Shown here: positions 12,800 to 27,321 of the stretch, in pieces | Layout of the letters: each line of letters opens with the position of its first letter | Position numbering within the stretch: position 1 is the first letter of the stretch | Assembly: GCA_951406725.2 (NCBI GenBank) | Contig: OX597816.1 | Span: 69,192,001-69,256,000, forward strand | Reading direction: 5' to 3' | Length of the DNA: 64,000 bases | Origin: Octopus vulgaris | Lineage: Eukaryota | Notes under the pieces: model-generated | The model's input: the letters and a program-made list of their open reading frames with translations, nothing else | Databases searched by the model: none | Told to the model about the DNA's origin: nothing | Translations under genes and position numbers: made by a program

Positions 12800-13850
12800 T
12801 AGGTTTTTCTCCTTAGCTGCTTCCAGAGACGTTGCTTTGCCCACTTGCATCCATTCCCACTAGCATCTCAAGTATTTCTCCTCTTGTAGTTCTTCCTAAC
12901 AGTGACTGTCTTGCTCTTGCGCTTATTCTCCTTGGTCCTCCCCAGTACCTTTGTCAACAGATGTGTTCAACCTCTGAAGGAGATACCAGATAAACTGACC
13001 AGACCCATGGTACTTCCACAGATGGATCACATGCACAATTTTAAGACGGGACCTCCTGCCTCCTCGAATTCGGTACGTCACATGGGAAAGGCGACTCATC
13101 ACAGCATCAGGTCCATCCCACGGACTCTGCATTTTCGGTGACTGTCCGCTCTTCCACTAGGGGTTTTGAAACCACACTTCATTACCCTCCTTAAAGTTTA
13201 TCTCACTAGCCCTGGCGCCATCACTTCACCCGTCACCAGAGATTCCCTAACTTGCTGATGTAGCTCTGTCAGCACCTAATTTAGATGTTTCATACAGCTG
13301 GAGGTTTCCTTAGGCAGCTCTTCACCCAGTGATCTTCCCAGCTACAGATAAACCGGGTAACTTCAAATCCCATTCCAACAGTCCATCCACACTATACTTG
13401 GCTAGTTTTTGTCCTAATGTCCAATTAAACTTCTCAACTTCTCGACACAGGCAGAAACTAGCTAGTCCTCTACAGCTGTCACCTTCTCTGGATGAATACA
13501 AATACTGTCTTCACCCATAACGTGTTCAAGATATTTCAATCCAGTCTGGTACAAACTGCCTTTCTTTGGACTCAATTTGAGATGTGCAGCTCGAAACCTC
13601 ACAAGTAGTTTTGACAACCTCTCCAATTCCTGATTGAAAGTCCGCCCAAATACGATAATATAATCAAGACAGATGAGGGCTGCCTGCCAGTGTAAGCCAT
13701 CCAGTATTTGATCCATAAGATGCTCGAATGTTACCGGGGTGTTGCTTGATTGGGTGATGACTTCCAGGGTCGATATGGTGCTCCACCTGATCCGTGCAAC
13801 CATGGTATAGGTCTCCTGCAGAAAACACATCAGCATATCTCACTAGCTGC
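12800..13850 (-). mobile_element. Gypsy/Ty3 pol remnant (RT, then integrase C-terminus)
   Basis: PVTFEHLMDQILDGLHWQAALICLDYIIVFGRTF (decayed YLDD), LKLSPKK, and integrase end TYRIRGGRRSRLKIVHVIHLWKY. Confidence 0.85.
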
Positions 13851-13879
13851 TACCTCAACTTCCACACCCGAGTGCCATC

Positions 13880-14690
13880 TAAGCACTAGCGATTGTTTTG
13901 CCTTAACAGTTGTATCGGCAACAAGTTCGGTTTAGCAAGTCAGGTAAAGGTGTCAGTGCCATGTGTGTTACTGGACACTCTGCTGAGCTGTGCGGGCGGG
14001 TTAATATCCTGACTGATGTTGCAGGACAAGAGTTCGTGCTTCCTGTGTATGTGGTGGAGATAGAAGCTCAGTGTATCTTGGGTCTGGACTACTTGGCGTC
14101 AATGGCGTGTCAGCTAGACTTGTGTTCCATGAAATCTTCGGTGCAACGAAGACCAATCCCTGTCAATGGGTTAAGGCGGACCACTAACGGTGGTAAGATG
14201 AGAGCGTTACGGGCCACAGTAATACCACCGAGATCCAGTGTCTTGTGAGTGGCACAGTTGATGGATACCTGGGGCTGGTAGAGTTCGACAGACGATGCAA
14301 GATGGAATCTGCATTGATGGTTGGACGAACCCTGGTGGATACAGGAGCTGATGAAGTACTAGTTGCGGCAGCCGATTTCTCGAGAATGGTACAGAAGATT
14401 TGTAAAGGAGAGGATGTGGGACTATGCCAGGCAGTAGACTAGTGGCAGAGTCAGCTGCGTAGCTGCAGGAAGGTAGACGGAGGAAGTGGTGGTCTGCTTG
14501 TGCATCTACAGGATCTGTTTGCACGGAGTCGCTAGTGCTTAGGTGGCGCTTAGGTGTGTCAGTTCAGGAAGCTGTTAGTGAGATACACTGATTGTTCTCT
14601 GCAGGAGACCTACACCTTGTTTGCGCAGATCATGTCACTGTATCGACACTGTAGATTATCACCCAATCATGCAACGCCCTTGCAACATTC
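13880..14690 (+). mobile_element. Gypsy protease and linker remnant, opposite orientation to the adjacent RT
   Basis: VTGHSAELCG...CILGLDYL (retropepsin C-terminal motif); ends at HCIDT.DYHPIMQRP, the usual start of Gypsy RT. Confidence 0.7.
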
Positions 14691-14709
14691 GATCACCTCA
14701 TGGGTTTAA

Positions 14710-15078
14710 ATATAGCTTAGATCGATTATCAAAAGGCTTTTGCTAGCATTCGCCAAACATAGATCCTAGAAACACTAGTCATGAACAAGATAGAACCCAT
14801 ACTTATAAAATATATAACACATTCCATGGGTAAATGACAAATAGTTCTACAGCTTGAAACAAAAGTGGGACTCATAAAAATCAAAACCACCCCCTTTAGA
14901 AGTGGAAAATTACAGGGTGACATGCACTCTTCACATCTTTTCTGTATGGCACTGACATTTTTACCTGACTTGCTAAACAGAACTGGATGTCGATACAACT
15001 GTTACAACAAAACAACCAACCATCTCTTGTATATGGATGATTTAAAACTGTATGCTGTAAATGATAAACAACTGGATC
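14710..15078 (+). mobile_element. R4/Dong-like LINE reverse transcriptase fragment
   Basis: IDYQKAF...GKLQGD...NHLLYMDDLKLYA. Confidence 0.8.
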
Positions 15079-15409
15079 CAGGTGGGGAAAGTTACTAAGA
15101 CAATTGATCGCAGTTTGTAACAGAGAATATAAAATTACATCAATATTAAAAGAAGAAATGTTTTCAATGCAAAATTCTTTCTAGTTTTGAGACATATACA
15201 TTGAGTATTGACATTTGTCTCTAGATTTCTTAGTTATTCCTGATAGAGCATGGTTTTGAGCATGGTTATTCTTATTTTGAATATCACGTTTTGTTGTATT
15301 TAGGAATGGTCACTTTGCCAGTTTAGCCACTAAAAACACACGAACTATATATTTGGTGTTACTTTGCTTCAGCGTTATTTATTTTTTATATTAATCTTCA
15401 TCTTATTTC

Positions 15410-15454
15410 GGCCAGAGTTCTTTCGTCACACTCCTGTGGCCTCATCAGTGGTCC
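15410..15454 (-). ncRNA. Minimal type I hammerhead ribozyme motif, partly decayed
   Basis: GGACCA-CUGAUGA-GGCCACAggagUGUGAC-GAAA-GAAC-UC-UGGCC. Confidence 0.55.
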
Positions 15455-16167
15455 TTTGCTTTCTTCTTTCTTATTTGTGTGTCTCACCTTACTAACGGTC
15501 AGCCGTTTTGTATTTTGTATTCCTATTGTATGTTTCTTCATTTGCGCATGCGTATACCTCTATGTGTGTCTATGTTTAGTTAGTGTGTGTGTATCACGTT
15601 CTTTTATATATATTTTGTTTGTATATATTATTTGAGACGGTAGGACATGATTTCACGGGAAATTTATGTATATTTCTATCAAGTCTCGTAACCATGTACA
15701 AACAATACTTTTCTCTTTCACTAGAAAGATACTTGCATAAAAACGTTTATAAACTAAAGGTCATCCATATAACTTAACAGTTACGCAATTGGTAGTTATA
15801 AATATTTGGTTTAAATGTTTCTTTCTACTTATTTTAAACTTTGTATAGCAGTATTTCACATAATTATAATTTTACATAACTTTTTTAGTACTCAACTTCT
15901 ACTTAACATACATTTAATTGGTTTGTAATTTAAGTACCTACTATACTTCAATAAGGTGGTGAGATCTTGCATAACACAATAAATGTTCGTTTGAATGAGT
16001 GTAATTGTATTTTAAATTGTATATATAATAAGGCTGGCACGCATTGGCGTATGCATGAATATATATATATATATATTTGAATATATGCATGTATGTATGT
16101 ATGTATGTATATATCTATATATCTATATATCTATATATATATATCTATATATATATCTATCTATCTA

Positions 16168-16205
<38 letters not shown>

Positions 16206-16444
16206 CTCTTTTACTCTATTACTCGTATCATTCAGTTTTATTTCAAGATTTTTGCCAATACAAGAAGAGCGGGTTTCCAACTTAGATCAAAGGCTCCATC
16301 ATTCGGATTTCAACAGCATCAACAGGGTATTTTATATGTATGTATGCATGCATGCATTTATACGTGCAGATTTGTATATTTCTTTTTTATTATGTGCTCT
16401 TATTCATAAAGGTGCATGTCTAATGTATGTTTGTGTGTATATAT

Positions 16445-18100
16445 GACGGCAAGTCAAAAATTATACGCAATATAGTTTCTCTAACTTATTAAAACAACAG
16501 CATGGGTCGAATATTTACATCATTTTTAAAATACACTCTACTTACTATTTGTAGCTCACTCTTGTCTGGCCCACAATCCACTCGCACATATTTCTACTCG
16601 GTAGAGCTCTCTCCACGCATTGTATTAAAAGTCTATGTCTTGCTGAAATATTATTTTGAAATTCAAATTTCATCTTATTTGGAAGGTGAAATTTTTTCTC
16701 TCAAATTCTAATGCACTCGATATTCGAGATGAGTAGCAAAGTATACCTATAGTGACAAAGAAAAAAATTGTGATTTCACCCATGATGATAGGACTAGAAC
16801 TATAACTGAGATCTTCTATTGTTCGCCGATAGAAATAAACAAAAATCCGTGAGGGAATATGCATTCATTGTATACTTCCAACTTAACCTACTTCTGGATC
16901 TCTAACAATCTACACCGGTATTATGCGCATCAACTATCATTGTATGTAAGATTGAGGGATGTGAGTAGCGTCCTCACTGATGAACAAAGATGCAGCAGTT
17001 CTAGATGAGGCTACTACAGTAGCAATCTGCTCCAATGAAACGAATTTACCTCTTCCACAAAAACTATCAAGGATAAGTTTCCGCGCGATTCACATCATCG
17101 ATTTTTTAATCCTTGGATTTTCCTTTATGTCGGCAACGAAGAGTAATACATCTCGTTTCAGTTATTGAGTGTCATATCTGATTTCTCAAAGGGTCCTAGG
17201 ACTCAGATTTGCAGCCTCAGATTTATGTTGGAGATGACAGTCCACTCTATGCAACAACTTTACCAACAATGTATGTTCAATAATGTCAGTGACAAAGAGT
17301 GTTGGGGATCTTTTCGGTTTGAACGGCAGATTTTTCTAGCTTTGTCATATGAAAGTGTCAGCCATAATTATGACCCTAGTATTGATCTATCTGTTTTAGG
17401 GTTAGGGTTAGAATTAGGGTTAGTTAGGGTTAGGGGTTGGGGGAAGGGTATCTTTTTTTCTTCAGAAATGTAAATAAACCCAATCTGTTTCTTAAACGAG
17501 GGACATATTCATACGACACAGAATGTTTTCACCTCAATAGACGTATTGATTGGTTGAAATTGCAGAAATTGAAGAAAAAACAACAAACATCTTACAAACT
17601 ATAGAATTTTCTCAATAAAGCCAAGAGGATAAATTGTTTTATAAACACATTCTACCAGTATACGAAGTTTAAAAGTGCTTAGTTACGTGGAAATTATTTT
17701 AAAAAAACTGCCGTTCAAACCGATAAGATCCAATGTTGGGTGACAGGGATGAAGGAATTTTGAATCAGATTGTGTTCGATGCAATATATTTTCTGTCATG
17801 CAATCGTGGAGATTATACCAAACCTACTGAGAATAGATGGTGAACAGGAACAGAATAGAAATCAGATATACTCGTCTGCTTGCTTAATTACTAGGACGTT
17901 GCGGATTCTCTCAAGGTAGTGTTCCAGGCTGCTTAATTTTCTTTGAACCATCATGTCTGGCAGGCATTTTAGTATGCTACAAAGACATATCAAGTAACTG
18001 TATTATTTCTGAGGAGGAGATTGAGCTGTGAATATGGAGCAGGAACTATCGTAGAAAACACGGCTTTCTGAAAACGCCTCATTTGAAACCAGTATTGCAA
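16445..18100 (+). mobile_element. Possible very old mariner remnant hosting MITE copy 2
   Basis: TIR-like TGACGGCAAGTCAAAAATTAT; short matches VSARF (about 17077) and GRHF (about 17960). Heavily decayed. Confidence 0.3.
17306..17731. mobile_element. MITE with TTAGGG repeats (copy 2)
   Basis: 24-bp TIR GGATCTTTTCGGTTTGAACGGCAG; TSD AGTGTTGG/AATGTTGG; colinear with 9164-9550. Confidence 0.9.
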
Positions 18101-19129
18101 AATATTGTACAAAGTTTTCATATCCCATAGAATATAGAAAATAATTTATTCGTTCGTTATTTTACCTTTTAAATTTTATTTATTCATATTCAAATCATGT
18201 TTACGTAAAGTATTCTATCTGCAACATTGCTGGGTTATAATTACATTTCAAACAAAATATATAATGTAACACCATCGTTTAAAAAAACACCTCATCAAAT
18301 ACAAAGCAAAAATTTACGTATATTCAAATATTTAATACACAATTACAGACACTATAGGGAATTGGAAATATTTATTTTTGCATTGTTTCATTTTGAAATT
18401 TGCTTATAAGTTTACTGCGGTGTCAAGGTCTTTCTGGGGTCTACTATATTAGGCGTAATGTGCAGTATGGACGTATATTGCATTCTCCTGGTGCATCATT
18501 CTTCCTGTACTCAATGCTGAATACTCTTTTGTTTAACAGCTTGTTTCTTTGATGCGTCTAGTTAATTTATTTCACTTTTGTTTGAGTATTCTGGTTTTAC
18601 CTCTTATTATTCTTTTTCCCCATGCTTTGTTTTATTTCCAAATACCTGGTGCATTCTACATATTGTTGTATAGCCGTGCCAAATAATTGTTCATTCTAAT
18701 TATTTAAAATTATATTAACCATCAAATTAATTCTAAAACGTATCTAACACATTTATTTTAAATTTAATCACTCTAATTATTTTCATTATCCTTATTAACT
18801 CTAAATTATCTTAATTATCTTAATTATTTCAAATGATTTAACAAGTTGTAAATACAGTAGAATTCATATGTAATTTCACGAAGCTGTCGCGGAAACAATC
18901 TATGAGTTATTTAAAGCTACACTGTCGATGTTGTTAACCACTGACATTGTGCACGTCATATCTCTCCTGATTCTCCACTCCTTTACTTATTCCATAGTCT
19001 ACACCTTGCACACAAGCACTGCCTCCTCGCATAACAATTCAATTCACAGCTTGTTTTTTGTTCCCAAGATCCACATTTTATTCTCTCTCTCTCTTTATCT
19101 CTCTCATTCTGTCACTCTCTCATTTCCTA

Positions 19130-19592
<463 letters not shown>

Positions 19593-19773
19593 TTAATTGG
19601 TTTCAGTTTGCTCAAAACCAACCACACTTTCTTCTACTTCGTGGCCATCGCAGTCTCTCCTGCCAGATGGTTTTCTTCCCTGTCTTCTTCATCCGTCTTA
19701 TTTCCATCACTCTTCTGTCCCCTTTTCTCTCTCACTTTAAGCTGTTTCCAGTTTCTTTTCTATTAGCGAGATA

Positions 19774-19840
<67 letters not shown>

Positions 19841-19897
19841 ATGTTGAGTTGAACCGGTTTCACCTCATGAGCTGTGGTCTTGCTGGGGCACCGCCAT

Positions 19898-19932
<35 letters not shown>

Positions 19933-20804
19933 AGTATTATGTAGGTATTTATATATATGTGTGTGTGCGTGTGTGTGTGTGTTTGTGTGCGTGCGTGCAC
20001 ATAGATAACTTAGATTGGTTTCGGCCAATATCGGTCCAGGCCATGACTAACTCAATAGCACGATTGGCGTCTTTCGCAAGGCCATGGTCGGCCCGAGGCT
20101 ATAGTAAAAGACGCTAGCCAAGGTGCCACGCAGAGGAACTGAACCCAGAATCCATGCAGTTAGGAAGCAAGCTTCTTACCACACTGCCACACCTGCGCGA
20201 ACTTGTTGTGCACAGAAGAAATGATTACAACTGAAGGCATTTGAACATAGGTCTCTTTGCTTAGAGGTGACGTTCGCTAAAACAGAAGCAACCACATCGA
20301 TAACAGCAACAACAAGAAAAAGAAAAAAACAACAACAACAATCATTCCCATAAAAAATAAGAAAATCTTATAATTATAACAGCAGAGGCGATCATAATAC
20401 ATTTGAATCGTAATTAATGTGAAAATGGCGTATTATAAAGTAATGTTATTGGGAATAAAATTGGAATTGATAATACAAAACAGTTGTTACATTTAAGTAA
20501 TATCTGATATCAAAAATAATATTCTAACAAACCAAAAAAAAAGGGAATAAAAATGAAATGGAATAATATGAAAAGGAAAATCGATATATTTTAATGTGTA
20601 TTTTGGCACATAGATAATCTGAAAAGTATAGCATTACTTCTCCTTTCTTAAATATCATAAACGAGTACACACAGCTTAAATTGTTAAATATTTAAGAAAA
20701 TGACGAGAACGTTCAAGATAATATATTTTGATTAAATATTAAATATATCTCAGAACGAAAAATACACACGTCTACAAATGTACACGCGCACATAAACGTA
20801 CAGA

Positions 20805-21122
<318 letters not shown>

Positions 21123-21164
21123 TATGCATAGATATACGCATCCATGTTTTGGACGCCTATGGTG

Positions 21165-22200
21165 CAATATCGGTTTCTACAGTTCATTATGACTCTCTGT
21201 CGTAATTTTTCTGTGGCATTCAGTATGATGAACATAATTACCCACCACTTGCAGACCCTGCTTAATAAGTGTCAAATATGCAGCCATTTACTGTCAAACT
21301 TAAATAGAATGGATGAGGTTGTTATATATTATTTTCTCTACAACTCGTTCTAGATTAAACATCTTCATCTCCTTAATAGACAGGCTTTCTCTATGATCTC
21401 CTAGGCATTTAACCACATCAACTTTAACTTCCTTAAAATTTACATCTTTTGCCTATATCACAGTGATTTATTCACATTTTCTATAGGTGAAGAATTTATA
21501 AAATAATAAATACATTCTCGTGAAATATTTTACAAAACAGCTTTTAAGCTAAGGTTTTACTTTTTTCTACAAGAATCTAAATTATTGTAATATTTCAATT
21601 CCTTTTAAGAGATATTTAAATATGATCTTAGAAAATATGCTCTCATAGGTTGATCTTATTCCAGGTTCACGTTATCAGAAAATCCACTGAAATTTACTGA
21701 ATAATTTGGAGCAATGTTTAAAAGAAACGATACGTTTTTGGAAGTATTTCTAAAACAGTCTAAAACAGCACCATTTCTAAAACAGTCTTGGAAAAAACCT
21801 ACAATCATTGAAATCTATGGACCTGGAAGCCAGACCACAGGTAGCTTACACCTGAATCTTCCTCAACGTTTGTGTGGCTTAGAAGAAGGGGTTGTAATTG
21901 CATAATACCGACAGTATTTCTTTTCACAGGAAACGCCAGATGATTTGTGAAAGAAATGAAGCTGGGTGGTGATTTTTTCGTACAATACAAAAACGCTCTA
22001 GCAGAGATGCTCTTCCGGGAAAGTTTCATAATTATCCTACCTTTTCTCTGGGATATAGCGTACCATACTAACCTATGGCACACTGTATTTTCTCTAGAAT
22101 TGTTTCCTCTTCCACTGCGCTACTATAGTGGAGAAAACTCATACGGTGTCATGATGCACGTACGATGTGCATAAGTATTTTTCGGTTATCTTAGATAAAC
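21165..22200 (-). mobile_element. Probable decayed Penelope-like element ending in an HHR-like motif
   Basis: FLYCTKK...FISFTNHLAFPVKRN (thumb-like) and DVNFKEVKV...RESLSIKE (GIY-YIG C-terminal-like). CUGAAUG-long stem-GAAACCGAUA at 21165-21228. Confidence 0.4.
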
Positions 22201-22840
22201 AGCAAAAGATATTCTATTAGTACCATTCGTATTGATATTGGTCAAATTAAACCCACCCTTCAACATTTGAAACTACTCTTTTAAAATCATAACATGATTT
22301 GGGCGGTGTTTGCATGTTCCACTTTCAAGCAAATCTTTATAGAAGCTACCGATAAAGAACATCGTGCATATTAGCACATTCTAGTCGTCGATGTACGGAC
22401 TTAAAATGTCTAAAACGAAACGTCTTACGCGAAAAACAGTTACATTTTCAAACTCCATATTGTATTGATATTGAAACACAACAACCGCGTATCTACATGG
22501 ATGATTTAGCATTAGAATTACATCTGTCTTTATTTTCAATTAGGTTTCTGCATTGTTGACGTTCTCATCTGTTTTGGGAATACGTTCAACTTTTTTCTGC
22601 CACATCAATCATTTATAAATCTTCAAATATAACATCCAGCGTAACCTTTAAAACTGGTGTTTCTAGCACACACACACATACACACTCACGCACAAACCCA
22701 AACAAACACGCACGCACGCGCACACACACACAGACACACACACACACATATATATATATATACATACATATATATATATATAATGATTTTAGGGAGTATG
22801 TTTTATATATATATATATATATTTATGTCTCTCTCTCACC

Positions 22841-22900
<60 letters not shown>

Positions 22901-23131
22901 TGTACATTTAAACAACACACAAGGGGCATCCATCATGAGATTCCTTGCACCCTAGAGAGGACAGTTAAATTACAAATCACTATTAGGGATAAAATTTCGA
23001 AAGGGATGAAAAATAAGAACATTTACCATCTGTATTTATATGAATAATATATAACCTATTGACTAAATTTTTACACGGTAGGCCACTGGTAATGGAAATT
23101 TCAAATATGTCTGATTACCCTTTGACATTAT

Positions 23132-23185
<54 letters not shown>

Positions 23186-23188
<3 letters not shown>

Positions 23189-23379
23189 GGTCCCGGGTTG
23201 ATTCGGGGTTAACCACAGTAAATAAGGTACTCAATACATAGCAGAGTAAAATTAATTTATTATATAGAAGGAGCTTCTACAGGACTAGAACTGTTTCATT
23301 CAAGAGAAATCTTCAGGAAGCTCCTGAAGATTTCTCTTGAATGAAACAGTTCTAGTCCTGTAGAAGCTCCTTCTATATA

Positions 23380-23385
<6 letters not shown>
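23186..23385. mobile_element. (TA)n-embedded fold-back cassette: 69-bp leader plus perfect 64-bp inverted repeat
   Basis: Arms 23255-23318 and 23322-23385, 3-nt loop; (TA)n on both sides. Confidence 0.9.
23270..23324 (-). ncRNA. Type I hammerhead ribozyme, intact core; mirror copy on + strand at 23316-23370
   Basis: GGAGCUUC-CUGAAGA-UUUCucuuGAAU-GAAA-CAGuucuagucCUG-UA^GAAGCUCC; 8-bp stem I, GUA triplet. Confidence 0.85.
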
Positions 23386-23428
<43 letters not shown>

Positions 23429-23460
23429 TATATTCTCCCTGAGTAATTAAATTATTTTTA

Positions 23461-23489
23461 TTACTGAAAAGAACGAAACTGCAGTCTAA
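23461..23489 (+). ncRNA. Decayed minimal hammerhead-like motif between (TA)n tracts
   Basis: UUA-CUGAAAA-GAAC-GAAA-CUGCAG-UC-UAA; palindromic stem III, G8A change, stem II almost absent. Confidence 0.4.
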
Positions 23490-23658
23490 GAGGAACCGAG
23501 TTAGTAAACGTTTTTATCTTCATTTCACTAAATTTATCAAGCTTCTGTGTTTCTAGTACATACTTCGCCTTTTAATGTACTTATATATGAATAATATATG
23601 GCTTGTGCTAGAAACACCAGCGATAATAATTAATTTTATTTTATCGCATTTTGAATTT

Positions 23659-23737
<79 letters not shown>

Positions 23738-24020
23738 TATACACAAAGTATGGGTGTTTGAGTGACGGATGATGTAAACAATTAGATAGGCTAGGTAAGT
23801 TTGTAACGGTTTACTAGTGCTCCAATGTTATAGGCGAGGCGGTAGATATAGTGCCATAACAGATTTCCGATGCAGTGAATACATAATTGTTAAAGAGGAC
23901 ATTAAGCTAAGGCAAACATCACACATCGTATACAATACTCCTACTGGAAACAGCTGCACGTTTTTTAATTTTTTTGCACTTATAATATTGTATACGATTG
24001 TTGTCTTCTTTACCTTTAAC

Positions 24021-24023
<3 letters not shown>

Positions 24024-24069
<46 letters not shown>

Positions 24070-24081
24070 TATATATATATG

Positions 24082-24145
<64 letters not shown>

Positions 24146-24273
24146 CATACATACATGTAAACAAGCACATACACAGACATATATATATACACAGATTCAA
24201 ATACACACACACACGTATATATATATATATGTATATATACATACATGCATACACACATACACACACACACACG

Positions 24274-24307
<34 letters not shown>

Positions 24308-24380
24308 CATATATACCTGTATGCATATATATCTAGATAGAGTTAGATAGACAGTCAGAGAAGCAGACAGACAGACAGAC

Positions 24381-24457
<77 letters not shown>

Positions 24458-24778
24458 CAAATAGATAAGTAGGCAGATAGAGAAATACGTCCATTCGCTC
24501 GTACCTTCAAATAAACGCATACAGCTAGCTTTACGTTTTAACTAATGAATATTTCATTGGGCTTTGTTTCTGCCGAGAAATTACTGGAGTTCAATCACCA
24601 CAAGGAGATAATCGATATTCCAGCAACTGTGTATTCCCAAGGAAGCATTCTTCTGAGGATTTACATCGTTAAGGAGCAGACAATAGTGGAGCTGACCTTG
24701 GCATACACCACCGTGTCACACTATTCTCAATTATACACACACACTCGTACATACACCCCCACCACTACACAAAAGAAA

Positions 24779-24836
<58 letters not shown>

Positions 24837-24956
24837 AGCGATAAATATATAAAGATACATGAAAATATATGTATATATATATATAAAGACACACACACAC
24901 ATACATATATATATATGTATGTATATATATACATATATTATTATATATATGGTTAT

Positions 24957-25000
<44 letters not shown>

Positions 25001-25010
25001 GTATATATAT

Positions 25011-25041
<31 letters not shown>

Positions 25042-25073
25042 TATATACATATATATATTTATCTGATTATATA

Positions 25074-25130
<57 letters not shown>

Positions 25131-25135
25131 GTGTA

Positions 25136-25166
<31 letters not shown>

Positions 25167-25330
25167 GCATGCAAACAAGCATGCGCAGCTATATATACAT
25201 ACAGATTCAGATTCTTATCTTCCCCGCTTCGTCACTTTATGTATTTACATAAGTGTGTGTGTCTGTGTGTATATTTGTGTGTGTGAGTGTGTGTGTATGT
25301 GTGTGCGTGCGCGTGTATATGTTTATATTT
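24024..25330. repeat. Large (TA)n/(CA)n/(GATA)n microsatellite region with a unique insert at about 24480-24780
   Basis: Directly visible. Confidence 0.95.
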
Positions 25331-25821
25331 CCTTACCTTTATGCATACGTGTTTACGAATATACAAATCACAAACACTTTCTCTTGCAGAACGAATATAA
25401 TATGTCTTATATAAATTATCTGAAATAATAACTGAAACTTCTGCTGGACATTATGTACATCTCTTAATTTTTTTTTCCCCCGCGTTTGTCTTTTGTTCGT
25501 TTATCAATGTAACTTATTTTCCTGATAATTTTACATCAGATTCGACAGCCTAGAACGTATATAGACATTTATTTGATTTTAATCTCGTTATAGATTAAGC
25601 AGTGTCCATATTCTATGAGGAATATGCATAATATAATTTGCCATACTTGCTTGAAATTGGCATCGTGTTATATCAGTCTAATCTTCAATTAAAACATTTC
25701 CAGAGAATAATATATAGATTAGTTGTCATTCAATGTCTCTCATAAAACTCATTGATTGCATTATATTCAACAGATACATTACTTCATGTTCTTAAAGTGC
25801 CAATTGTTATTCTATTTCCAG

Positions 25822-25853
<32 letters not shown>

Positions 25854-27196
25854 GCTGTTGTTACATATATTTAGAGGTGAATTTTGATTTTGATGTTGAT
25901 AAGTTTTATATCACGACTACATTTCAGAATTCATTGTTATAAGTGACAAAAACGTTGATTGAATCTTCGAGAAATGCCAAGAGAACACGTTGGTCGATCA
26001 GACTTTCTTTAATTTTTTATTCAATTTTGTTCAGATGAACAGTAATCCGAATTTTACGTATAGGCACAAATTCATAAATGTGTTTTGAAAAGAAATCGTT
26101 AATGGAATTTACGGGTGTACATTAATACTAAATGATTTTGTTGTTCTCTTATCGCAGATTTTAATCTAGCAGAACTCTGACCAAAGATATTCCAACCGTG
26201 ACCAAAATCTCTTTATTCAGCCGTAGCGTGCATAGTATCACATTAATCAGTGAATATTTCGTTTAGCATTCTACATTAAAAGTTGAAGTTTGTTTTTAGC
26301 CAGTAACGTCAGCAGTCGAAAACACCGAACTTGATAGCTTAATGTGTTTTTATAACAACTCGCGATACACCAAATGAGTCTCTGACGACGAAACATCAAA
26401 AACGATTACCAAGTCTTCGCGTTTCTATGATTTGTTTCAAATTTTGGCATGAAGCGCAGCAATTTCGGCGGTGACGAGTAAGTGTATTAGATCGACTCCA
26501 GTTTCTAAGTGGTATTTATTTTATCGACCCTGAAAGGATCAAAGGCAAAGTGGATCGCGGCTGTATTTCAACTCAGAGGTATGATGTAACCTCATCAGCT
26601 GGTTCGCTTCGCCCTCAGTCTTCACAGGACGTACTCGTGTGTAACGATCTCCGGCTTTATGCAAGGAATATACTGAAATATCGAAGGATATAAAGTGTGT
26701 CTCTATGATGTGGGTCACGTGCTCCACAGTGACATTGCTGGATAACACGTTTGCTCATTGAAATTTGATACATGGACGTTTAGGAATCATCTGCAAATTC
26801 CACCATAACTCGAATTTTCGCATACATAAAGTGACAAACCCTTCAGTAATTTCACCCCGAGTTTTGCAACTCCTCAGCTACCATCAACATTATCCTTGAA
26901 ACCATAGGAGAAAGCAAGTTACGAGTGGCTGGCAGACGAACAGTGATATAAAAGGGAGTATCCATCCATGAAATTACTTGTCAACTATTCCTCTTGAGAA
27001 GCAATACATATACCAACCATTCAAAGACATCTCTTTGAAAAAAGATGTTTAAGAATTTTATAAGTAATGCTTCGGTTGTAACAGTTGTAAATGTAACTTC
27101 AATCCAGATTAACATTAATCTAACACACATATGGTCGAAAGTATTTTTCACTGACCGCTTATTTTTTGAGACTTGGTGTGTCGATGACTATATACA

Positions 27197-27289
<93 letters not shown>

Positions 27290-27321
27290 GTGTGTGTATG
27301 TGTGTGTGTGTATGTATGTTC

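Noticed and set aside
16250-16312. Minus-strand AUGA...GAAA hairpin as SECIS or HHR
   Set aside because: No 3' GA quartet partner and no valid HHR core.
16973-17011. CCUCA-CUGAUGA...UGAGG
   Set aside because: Lacks GAAA and stem III.
17395-17440. TTAGGG tract as a true telomere or fusion site
   Set aside because: Short, degenerate and internal to a MITE with a TSD.
26376-26602. CTGACGACGAAAC and minus-strand CUGAUGA-GGU...ACC
   Set aside because: The first has no stem II; in the second GAAA does not follow stem II.
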